A DNA stretch of 64,000 nt, taken from assembly GCA_963667015.2 (NCBI GenBank), contig CAXXJJ010000001.1, forward strand, positions 1,728,001-1,792,000, given 5' to 3'. The notes beneath the pieces are model-generated. The model saw only the letters and a list, made by a program, of their open reading frames with translations. It searched no databases and had not been told where the DNA came from. Origin of the DNA: Desulfatiglandales bacterium (lineage in GTDB: Bacteria; Desulfobacterota; DSM-4660; Desulfatiglandales; HGW-15). Positions 42,558 through 51,265 of this stretch are shown here, piece after piece; the first letter of the stretch is position 1, and each line of letters starts with the position of its first letter. A program made the translations under genes and the position numbers.

Positions 42558-44390
42558 GTGAGCCTTTTCAATACTAAATTTGATGATCGGAATCGATTTT
42601 TATCATATTTACTTATTTGTCTATTTGCAATAATCATTTATCTTCCCTCAGTTAACGGGGAATTTATTCTTGATGATATCTCTTTAGTAGAAAAAAACAG
42701 TTACCTCAAAGAGTGGCATTCTGTTGGCTCATATCTTTCCCAGGAGGATGGATATAGTAAAGATACCGGTTGGCATACTGGATATTACAGGCCCCTCATC
42801 AATCTTTCCTACACCCTTGATTATAAAATCTGGGGCATGTCTGCACCGGGCTTTAGAATTACTAATTTGATTCTGCATATTTTAACCTGCTTTATTTTGT
42901 TTGCTTTTTTTAACCTTATTATTCAAAAAAAGAATATAGCCTTGATGCTTGCCCTGATTTTTTTACTCCATCCTGTAAACACCGAAACTGTTTCATGGAT
43001 AACATCAAGGAACAATATTCTTGTTACACTATTTGGGATTCTCTCTCTTTTCAATTATATAAAAGCTTATAAAAATGGAAAATATTATTCTTATATTTTA
43101 TCGATCATATTTTTTACCCTGTCCATATTTTCAAAGGAATTCGGCCTTATGCTGCTGCCATTATTTTTCCTTTACCAGAGGGTTTTCAATAATGGCAGAA
43201 AAATCACTTTTATCGAACTGAGAGAATATGCTCCTTTTATTATTGTTGCATTTATATATTTTTTCTTCAGGCAGAATGTAATTGGTTCCTTGATAACACC
43301 AGCAGGATTTTCAGATGTATTTATGAGGATATATAATACCCCTTATGTATTGTTTTATAACCTTAAACTGATCTTTTTTCCATTTAACTTACATAGTTTT
43401 ATTCTAAAATATCCTGAAAGCTTTTTAAATTCAGGTTCCCTGCTTTCTTTATTTTGTTTCCTGATGGTTGCTATTTTAATGTGGGTTTATCGAAAAAATC
43501 GAGTTTTCATTTTTTCCATTATCGCATTTATTATAATAATATTTCCTGTCCTTAATGTTATCCAGACGTCAGCACCTTCTTTGATAGCCATGAGGTGGCT
43601 TTATTTTCCCTTGCCTTTTATATTACTGCTATTATCACTGCCCTTGAAAAAATTATATTGGTTTAATGCACGGCTGACAGTATGTTTGTTTACAGGGATT
43701 ATTCTGTATCTTGGTTTCAATACTTATATGCTTAACAGGTTCCTCTGGCACTCACCCGAAGACTTTTTTAAGCAGGAGGTTTTGCAGTTTAATAATACCT
43801 TTTATTATGATGGCATGGCATTTATATATGGGAAAGAAAAAAAGACTGAACTGGCAATGAAGCTATATGAAAAGAGTATTGAAGAAAGAATAAGGTTAGA
43901 TATCAATTATATCGAGTATTCGAAATTATTAATGGATAAAGGTAATCTGAAAAAGGCATTGGAATATCTGGATAAGGCCTGGAATATCTGTTATTCACGT
44001 GATCAAATGGGCTTTATATTTCATTCAAAAGGTGTCATCAATTTAAAATTAAATAATCTTGAAGAATCAGAAAAATATATCCGTAATGCAATTAATCTTT
44101 CACCTAATGAGCCTTTATACTGGGAAAATCTTGGTGTGGTTCAGGGAATGATGGAAAAACATGAAGATGCACTCTATTCATTTAAAAAGGCGATAAGACT
44201 TGGGATAAATTCAACATCTTTATTTAAGAATATGGCAAATGCATATATATTAAATAATGAATGCCAGAAAGCGATAAAACTGATTAAAAGAATCAATAGG
44301 GAAGAAAAAGATGACATATTAAATGGGATGCTGAGGAAAGCAGAGGAATGTGTGAAAAAGGAAAAATCTAATGATTCATTAATGAGGTAA
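42558..44390 (+). CDS. TMTC-like GT-C membrane glycosyltransferase with C-terminal TPRs
   Basis: FILDD, YYRPL, HPVNTETVSWITSR, SKE, RWLYFP; about 10-11 TM segments then TPR helices. Confidence 0.8.
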   Translation: MSLFNTKFDDRNRFLSYLLICLFAIIIYLPSVNGEFILDDISLVEKNSYLKEWHSVGSYLSQEDGYSKDTGWHTGYYRPLINLSYTLDYKIWGMSAPGFRITNLILHILTCFILFAFFNLIIQKKNIALMLALIFLLHPVNTETVSWITSRNNILVTLFGILSLFNYIKAYKNGKYYSYILSIIFFTLSIFSKEFGLMLLPLFFLYQRVFNNGRKITFIELREYAPFIIVAFIYFFFRQNVIGSLITPAGFSDVFMRIYNTPYVLFYNLKLIFFPFNLHSFILKYPESFLNSGSLLSLFCFLMVAILMWVYRKNRVFIFSIIAFIIIIFPVLNVIQTSAPSLIAMRWLYFPLPFILLLLSLPLKKLYWFNARLTVCLFTGIILYLGFNTYMLNRFLWHSPEDFFKQEVLQFNNTFYYDGMAFIYGKEKKTELAMKLYEKSIEERIRLDINYIEYSKLLMDKGNLKKALEYLDKAWNICYSRDQMGFIFHSKGVINLKLNNLEESEKYIRNAINLSPNEPLYWENLGVVQGMMEKHEDALYSFKKAIRLGINSTSLFKNMANAYILNNECQKAIKLIKRINREEKDDILNGMLRKAEECVKKEKSNDSLMR

Positions 44391-44392
44391 TA

Positions 44393-45175
44393 ATGATTAA
44401 CGGCAAAAAGATAGTAGTTGTATTGCCTGCCTATAATGCAGAAGCGACAATAACGAGAACCTATAAAGATTTACCTTTTGATATTGTGGACGATGTTTTG
44501 CTTGTAGATGATAATAGTGCGGATCAAACAATAGAGATTGCTAAAAAACTGGGGATCAAGGCCTTTTTACATGACCGTAATTATGGCTATGGCAGAAACC
44601 AGAAAACATGTTATCAGGAGGCATTAAAGCTTGGCGCTGACATTGTTGTTATGGTTCATCCAGATTATCAATATACCCCCAAACTAGTAACAGCTATGGC
44701 GAGCATGATAGCCTATGATGTTTATGATGCAGTGCTTGGCTCACGAATTATTGGTGGTGGAGCACTCAAAGGGGGGATGCCAATTTATAAATATATTGCG
44801 AACCGATTCTTGACAGCCATCGAAAATATTCTGCTTGGGAGCAAGTTATCTGAGTTCCATACCGGCTATCGGGCTTTTTCAAGAGAGATCCTTGAAAACC
44901 TACCGATTCATTTGAATAGTGATAATTTCAGGTTTGACAATGAAATGCTTACGCAGATTCTTTATTCCGGTTATCGAATTGGTGAGGTGTCATGTCCAAC
45001 AAAATATTTTGATGAAGCCTCATCTATAAGCCTTAAAAACAGTATAATATATGGGTTTGGCGTCCTGGCAACGGCAGTTAAATTCAGAATGCAAAAATGG
45101 GGTCTGATTAATTCCAGGCTATTTGTGGACGTTAATACATCCGTTAAAACAAATTATTATTCCAATATTAAATAA
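44393..45175 (+). CDS. GT2 glycosyltransferase, Dol-P-Man/polyprenol-P-sugar synthase-like
   Basis: VVLPAYN, VDDNSAD, NYGYGRNQK, HPDYQY, GSR, HTGYRAF. Confidence 0.88.
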   Translation: MINGKKIVVVLPAYNAEATITRTYKDLPFDIVDDVLLVDDNSADQTIEIAKKLGIKAFLHDRNYGYGRNQKTCYQEALKLGADIVVMVHPDYQYTPKLVTAMASMIAYDVYDAVLGSRIIGGGALKGGMPIYKYIANRFLTAIENILLGSKLSEFHTGYRAFSREILENLPIHLNSDNFRFDNEMLTQILYSGYRIGEVSCPTKYFDEASSISLKNSIIYGFGVLATAVKFRMQKWGLINSRLFVDVNTSVKTNYYSNIK

Positions 45176-45208
45176 ATCAAATAATGAGTACATAATATTT
45201 AATATCAG

Positions 45209-47635
45209 GTGATTAGCGAAGTCGAGATGCAGGCCTTCAATCAAGAAAATAATGGAAATTCCCTGATCCGAACTATTAAGGAGCACAATATTATTCTTTT
45301 AGTAATACTCCTTATCTGCATTGGTTTCCTTGCATTCAAACGATATCTACTGTCTGAAAACCTGTATATTTTTTTGGATATCGGAAGTGATACCTATAAT
45401 CATGGATATCCTTATCTTGTAAATATTGCAGATTACATCCGAAATGAAGGCATTCCACGCTGGTCTTTTTACCATGGAATGGGGCAGAATATTTTCCCAG
45501 GTGGAATAAACGACCCATTCAATCTTTTTCTGTGTCTTCTGGGAAGAGAATACCTGCCATACGGAATAATCTATGTAGAGCTATGCAAAATTATTTTGGG
45601 AGGGGTGCTTTTCTTTTATTACCTGAAAACATTATCATTAACCCGATATACATGCATACTGGGTGGGATACTTTTTGCGTTCTCAGGTTACATGATCCTG
45701 GGAAGTGGCTGGTATGGACATTCCATGTTCATGCTATCGGCTATTTTCTTTCTTTTTTCCTTTGAAAAATTGCTGAAAGAAGATACCTGGTTTTACTTTC
45801 CCCTTTCCGTTGCTTTAATAGTATCCAGGTCAGCTTTTTATCTTTATATTCTTGGAGCATTTTTATCTATTTACGCCATATTCAGAGTATTGGAAGAAGG
45901 CGGATGGAGTTTTAAAAAAGTATGCGTATTGTTTGTCAAACTGGCCGGATTAGGTACACTGGGTTTGTTGATTGTAGCACCTTTTGTTGCTAATGATCTG
46001 CTGCGAGTTATTGAAAGTCCCAGGGTAGGAGGTGAATCAGGCTATTATAATAAATTAATGTCTACACAAGCATTTTCTTTTGGCAACTATTTGCATAACA
46101 TTACAGCAATTTTGCGGTTTTTTTCAAATGATATTCTGGGTACTGGTAGCGATTACAAAGGGTGGTATAACTATCTGGAGGCGCCGGCTTTTTACTGTGG
46201 CCTGAGCACATTGTTATTATTTCCTCAGATTTTCATTTCGTTAAATAATAAAAAGAAAATATTATATTCTATATTTTTAATAATCTGGATTTTATTGATT
46301 GTATTTCCCTTTTTCAGGTATGGATTTTATCTCTTCACAGGGGATTACTATAAAGGAGGGCTTTCATTTATCATTCCCTTTGTTCTTCTTTTTTATAGCC
46401 TTCACGCCTTTGACTTTATTTATAGAAATAAGAAAATCAATAAAGTCTTGTTGTTGGTTACGCTTGTTGTCCTATTGTGTATCCTGAATTTTTCATACTT
46501 TCCTGATGATCAGAACCCCATAAAAGATAATATTCGAATTCTAACAACGGGTTTTCTAATATGTTATTCTCTTATTTTTTTATTATATGGGAAAAGTAAA
46601 AACCTAAAAATAATAAAGTATAGTCTGCTAATAATTATCTGCATTGAAGCGTATATGTTTTCCACAATAACCAGTAGTTCAAGAACAGCCTTGACTGCTA
46701 AAGAATATAATCAGGATATAGGATATAATGATGGAACCCAAAAATTAGTAGAGTTAATTAGAGCAAAGGATATTAGTTTTTTTAGAGTAGCTAAAAATTA
46801 TTCATCCGGGATCGCTGTTCATAAAAGTCTTAACGACGCTTTAATGCAAAATTATTATGGGACTCCTTCCTATCACCAGTTTAATCAAAAATATTATATC
46901 AGATTTTTAGCTGAAACGGGTATTATCAAGAGCGATGAAGAGGCTATGACCCGGTGGGCTCCAGGGCTTTCATCGCGGCCATTGCTGCAAACCATTGCCA
47001 GTGTGAAATATTTTTTAAGCAAAAGTGAAGTCCCTGAATTTTTCAAAAGAACTTATAGTCCTTTTGCCAGATATAAAGATATTCTGGCTTTAAAAAACGA
47101 CTATTCATTACCTTTAGGTTTTACATATGACAGGTTTGTGACCTACGAACGCTTCAAAGACCTGAACGATAATCAGAAAGAAAGAATATTCTTAAAGGCA
47201 TTTGTTTTTGAAAAAGGTGATGATGTGAATAAAGACTTTGAATCACTTGATATTGATAAACTAAATGATGAATACACCCTGCAGGAATATGGATCTGATA
47301 TAATTAATCTGAAACGGGAATCAATAGTGATTACCAAACACAACCAGAACAATATTATAGGGCATATCAAGGTTGAAAATAGAAAGTTGTTATTTTTTTC
47401 TATCCCATTTGATAGAGGATGGGATATAAAGATTGATGGGGTGAATCAAAAAGTAAGTCTGATCAATCTTGGATTCATGGGAGTTGTTGTGCCAAGAGGT
47501 ATCCATGAAATTGAGCTTACTTATACTCCCCCCTTTCTTTATAGTGGAACTATAATTATGATTATTTCTATTTTATTATTCGCATTCCTGATTTTTAATG
47601 CTGTCAGGAAAAGGGATTTGGTCACAAAAAAATGA
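45209..47635 (+). CDS. YfhO-family GT-C membrane glycosyltransferase
   Basis: Multi-TM N-terminus (DIGSD, GMGQN), periplasmic domain, C-terminal SIPFDRGW..IDG...GFMGV..G.HEIELTY.PP plus TM; start may be ATG 45227. Confidence 0.85.
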   Translation: MISEVEMQAFNQENNGNSLIRTIKEHNIILLVILLICIGFLAFKRYLLSENLYIFLDIGSDTYNHGYPYLVNIADYIRNEGIPRWSFYHGMGQNIFPGGINDPFNLFLCLLGREYLPYGIIYVELCKIILGGVLFFYYLKTLSLTRYTCILGGILFAFSGYMILGSGWYGHSMFMLSAIFFLFSFEKLLKEDTWFYFPLSVALIVSRSAFYLYILGAFLSIYAIFRVLEEGGWSFKKVCVLFVKLAGLGTLGLLIVAPFVANDLLRVIESPRVGGESGYYNKLMSTQAFSFGNYLHNITAILRFFSNDILGTGSDYKGWYNYLEAPAFYCGLSTLLLFPQIFISLNNKKKILYSIFLIIWILLIVFPFFRYGFYLFTGDYYKGGLSFIIPFVLLFYSLHAFDFIYRNKKINKVLLLVTLVVLLCILNFSYFPDDQNPIKDNIRILTTGFLICYSLIFLLYGKSKNLKIIKYSLLIIICIEAYMFSTITSSSRTALTAKEYNQDIGYNDGTQKLVELIRAKDISFFRVAKNYSSGIAVHKSLNDALMQNYYGTPSYHQFNQKYYIRFLAETGIIKSDEEAMTRWAPGLSSRPLLQTIASVKYFLSKSEVPEFFKRTYSPFARYKDILALKNDYSLPLGFTYDRFVTYERFKDLNDNQKERIFLKAFVFEKGDDVNKDFESLDIDKLNDEYTLQEYGSDIINLKRESIVITKHNQNNIIGHIKVENRKLLFFSIPFDRGWDIKIDGVNQKVSLINLGFMGVVVPRGIHEIELTYTPPFLYSGTIIMIISILLFAFLIFNAVRKRDLVTKK

Positions 47636-47680
47636 ATAATATCGACTGTTTCACTAAATAATTTTCTCTGAGAGAAATAA

Positions 47681-48670
47681 ATGGACATATCATTTGTAAT
47701 ACCCGTATTTAATGAAGAAGAGAGCCTTGAAGAGCTTTATAACCGAATCACAGAGCAGATGAAGGTGCTTTCCAAAACCTATGAGCTTATTTTTATAGAT
47801 GACGGAAGCAGCGATGCTTCATATGAAAAATTGCAAAAGATAGCATTTGATGATGACCATGTTAAAGTCTATAAGTTTCGGAAGAATTTTGGGAAATCTG
47901 TCGTGTTGGATCAGGCTTTTAAGCATTCCAGCGGAGATATAATAATTACAATGGATGCAGATCTCCAGGATGATCCCAAAGAAATTCCCAATTTCATATT
48001 AGAGATGGATAAAGGGTATGATCTTGTTTCGGGGTGGAAAAAGATACGAAAAGATCCATTTTTTGGAAAAAATATGCCGTCCAAATTGTTTAACTTTATG
48101 ATCGGATATTTCTCAGGCCTTAAGATTCATGATTATAACTGTGGTTTTAAGGCTTATAAAAAAAATCTGGTAAGGCATCTTTCCCTGCATGGTGATCTTT
48201 ACCGGTATATTCCGGCTATTGCACATTCAATGGGATTTAGCGTAACTGAAATAGCCATTGAACACCACCCAAGGGTGTATGGTAAATCAAAATATGGATT
48301 AAATCGATTTACTCATGGGTTCTTCGATTTTATAACCATTTTATTTCTTACTAAATATCTTAAACGACCAATGCATCTATTCGGCTTGTTCGGTCTTTTT
48401 TTCTCGGGCATAGGGTTAATAATATGTATCTATCTTTCTATTATCTGGTTTCTTGGGGAAAGTATCGGTACCAGGCCATTACTATTACTTGGTGTTCTTT
48501 TGATATTACTCGGAACACAACTTGTATTTACTGGCCTAATTGCAGAGATGATTGCTTATCACAGGCAGGGGAAAAAATATGATAATACTATTGATAAAGT
48601 TATTGTAAAAAAAATAGAAAACTCTCTATCATACGATAGACATATTAATAATATATCATCAACCGAATAG
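47681..48670 (+). CDS. GT2 glycosyltransferase, ArnC/GtrB-like (undecaprenyl-phosphate sugar synthase)
   Basis: VIPVFNEE, IDDGSSD, NFGKS, MDADLQDDP, HDYNCGFKAY; two C-terminal TMs. Confidence 0.9.
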   Translation: MDISFVIPVFNEEESLEELYNRITEQMKVLSKTYELIFIDDGSSDASYEKLQKIAFDDDHVKVYKFRKNFGKSVVLDQAFKHSSGDIIITMDADLQDDPKEIPNFILEMDKGYDLVSGWKKIRKDPFFGKNMPSKLFNFMIGYFSGLKIHDYNCGFKAYKKNLVRHLSLHGDLYRYIPAIAHSMGFSVTEIAIEHHPRVYGKSKYGLNRFTHGFFDFITILFLTKYLKRPMHLFGLFGLFFSGIGLIICIYLSIIWFLGESIGTRPLLLLGVLLILLGTQLVFTGLIAEMIAYHRQGKKYDNTIDKVIVKKIENSLSYDRHINNISSTE

Positions 48671-48770
48671 TGTTGGTTTTTTGTGAAAATGGAAAAGTGA
48701 TGCTGATATTTTTTCTTGCTGGTTATGTTAAAGGCACACAATTTTTAACCTGAATTAGAGAATATACCGA

Positions 48771-49406
48771 GTGCAAAATAATTCAAACATGAATATTCAA
48801 TCTACAGTACGTAAAGATACTGGAATACGGAATACAAAAAAATACACTAATAAAAATCCATTACACCAATTTGTCTTAGGTCGATTTTTTGATGTTATGG
48901 CACAGGAAATAAAAGAATTATCTCCTGAGAATGTACTGGAATTCGGTTGTGGTGAAGGCATGCTCCTGCAGGAATTAAAAAAGCGGGATGTTTTTTTTGA
49001 ATCACTTTTGGGAATTGATATAAGAGAAGATGCTATACGACAGGCAAGAGATTTAAACCCAGAATATTCATTTGAGAAAAAAGATATCCTGCAATCGGGC
49101 TTCAGTCCTAAAACCTTTGATATGATTATTGCATCAGAAGTGCTGGAGCATTTAATAGATCCAGAACCGATATTAATGAAATTAGTTGAGTTAAGCAGTG
49201 AATACTTGCTTCTGACAGTCCCTTGGGAGCCATGGTTTCGTTTAATGAATTTTTTACGTGGTCGTGATATCAGACGTTTGGGAAACCATCCTGAACATAT
49301 TAACAAATGGGGCGTTGAAGAGTTCGTTAGTCTCGTGAATAAATATGCAACAGTCAAAAATGCCAGGACATCATTTCCATTTATTATTATTGTTGCTACT
49401 ACATAA
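48771..49406 (+). CDS. Class I SAM-dependent methyltransferase
   Basis: VLEFGCGEG, FDMIIASEVLEHL, LTVPWEP. Confidence 0.88.
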   Translation: MQNNSNMNIQSTVRKDTGIRNTKKYTNKNPLHQFVLGRFFDVMAQEIKELSPENVLEFGCGEGMLLQELKKRDVFFESLLGIDIREDAIRQARDLNPEYSFEKKDILQSGFSPKTFDMIIASEVLEHLIDPEPILMKLVELSSEYLLLTVPWEPWFRLMNFLRGRDIRRLGNHPEHINKWGVEEFVSLVNKYATVKNARTSFPFIIIVATT

Positions 49407-49436
49407 CAGTAAAATATTGTTTAAAGTTATGGATTT

Positions 49437-50348
49437 ATGAAATTTATCTCAAAAAAAAGCATTTCTTATTTTTTTTTATTTATAGTCCTGATTTTAATTT
49501 CTTATTATTTAATAAATAACTATGAATCATTAAAGTCTGTTAGATGGTGGGAAAATCCTGGATTTTTAAGTTTCCATATAATGTTGCTTGTACTTACCTT
49601 TGTTTTATTTGTAACGGCCTGGCAAAGACTTTTGAAAACGATTGGTATACATGAGGGGCTAAAGGTCGCTGGGTACACATGGCTGGTTTCCAACATAGGG
49701 AAATATGTTCCAGGCAAGATATTAATGGTAGCAGGGCGAATAGCCTTACTTAATAATATTGGTGTTAGGCCTGCAACTGCAGCGGCTGTTGTAATCTGGG
49801 AGCATATTATTGTCATTCTTGCGACTATGCCATTTAGTCTTTTTATCCTATTAAATTATTCGGGATATTATTCATTAAAAATAATAATTAGTGTAATGTT
49901 TGTTTTATTTTCAATAATATTAATTGCTCTTAATCCCAGTATAGTTGGGAAGATGATTAATTATTTTTTAAATCTATTTAAACGTCCTCCACTGGAATAT
50001 ATATTACAGCGTAAAGCCGTTATGTATTTTTTTATTTTTTATTTGATTACATGGATTGTATATGGCCTATCAGGTGTAACTCTAGCATATGTGTTCGGAT
50101 TTGAAGATAAAATTCCACTATTTTTACTTTTTAATGTCTTTATATTTTCCTGGTTAATGGGGTTTGTTAGTATTATTACACCAGGAGGCTTAGGGGTGCG
50201 AGAAGGAATAATGATTCTAATGATTAGTCCATATGTCCCAATGAACGAACTTATAGTTTTCACTCTTTTTGCTCGAATAACATGGACTATAACAGAATTG
50301 TTTGGAGTATTGGTAGGTATAAAAATAGGTAATAAATTGTATGTCTAA
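49437..50348 (+). CDS. Lysylphosphatidylglycerol-synthase TM-domain (UPF0104, flippase-like) membrane protein
   Basis: SNIGKYVPGK and TPGGLGVREG motifs, about 8 TMs. Confidence 0.8.
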   Translation: MKFISKKSISYFFLFIVLILISYYLINNYESLKSVRWWENPGFLSFHIMLLVLTFVLFVTAWQRLLKTIGIHEGLKVAGYTWLVSNIGKYVPGKILMVAGRIALLNNIGVRPATAAAVVIWEHIIVILATMPFSLFILLNYSGYYSLKIIISVMFVLFSIILIALNPSIVGKMINYFLNLFKRPPLEYILQRKAVMYFFIFYLITWIVYGLSGVTLAYVFGFEDKIPLFLLFNVFIFSWLMGFVSIITPGGLGVREGIMILMISPYVPMNELIVFTLFARITWTITELFGVLVGIKIGNKLYV

Positions 50349-50379
50349 TATTATTGTATATCTTTAGATTATTCTCAAA

Positions 50380-51126
50380 ATGAAAGACGAAGCATATAAA
50401 CAATATATGAGAGAGATCAATAACTGGCTCCATAGAGGAAGGCGACTTCTATTGGAAACCTGCCTTGATCTATGCTTCTCTGTCCCTAATTCAAAAAAAG
50501 GGGCACTTAAAATATTGGAGATTGGTGCGGGTTACGGAAAAAATATAGAAGTGCTTGCAAAATTTGGAAAAGTTGATGCAATAGAAGTTGAACCAATGGC
50601 AATAGAGATTCTCAAGAGCAATCAGTCTATACAGCAATTGTATTCTGATAAAGTTCCCTTTTCACTGGACCATACATATGACGTAATTAGTGCAATGGAT
50701 TTTCTTGAACATGTTCCAGATGACAGACAGATCTTCCTTTGGATGGTCGAACATCTTAGCGATAATGGAATTTTGTTTTTAACGGTACCGGCTTATCAAT
50801 TTTTATTTAGCGATCATGATGTTTCTTTAGGGCATTTTCGGCGTTATAGACTGAATAATATTATGGAACTCAATTCGGAGCGGTTATTACCTTTTAAAAA
50901 AGGTTACTTCAATTCTATTCTTTTCCCTTTCGCAGCCGTTATACGGTTATTGGGACGAATGAGAAAAGGAATTGATGAAAGCGAAAGGAAGCAGTCCAGT
51001 ATTGTTCCAATATATTTGGATAAAATTTTATTTTATATATTAAAACACGAGACAAGCTTTATTAAAAAATACCCTTTATTTCCATTTGGTTTAACTGCCT
51101 TTGTGTTGTTTAAAAAATCAGAATAA
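50380..51126 (+). CDS. Class I SAM-dependent methyltransferase
   Basis: LEIGAGYG, MDFLEHVPDD, TVPAYQFLFSDHD...GHFRRY. Confidence 0.88.
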   Translation: MKDEAYKQYMREINNWLHRGRRLLLETCLDLCFSVPNSKKGALKILEIGAGYGKNIEVLAKFGKVDAIEVEPMAIEILKSNQSIQQLYSDKVPFSLDHTYDVISAMDFLEHVPDDRQIFLWMVEHLSDNGILFLTVPAYQFLFSDHDVSLGHFRRYRLNNIMELNSERLLPFKKGYFNSILFPFAAVIRLLGRMRKGIDESERKQSSIVPIYLDKILFYILKHETSFIKKYPLFPFGLTAFVLFKKSE

Positions 51127-51265
51127 ATAGTATTCTCAATTTATATGCAATAATTTAATAGTTATATATTCATAGATATTTTTATATTTTTTTCTGAAGT
51201 AGTAGATTTATTGACGCGTAAGCATAAAACAAATCAGACTTATAATTGGATTGAATTGAATCCGG

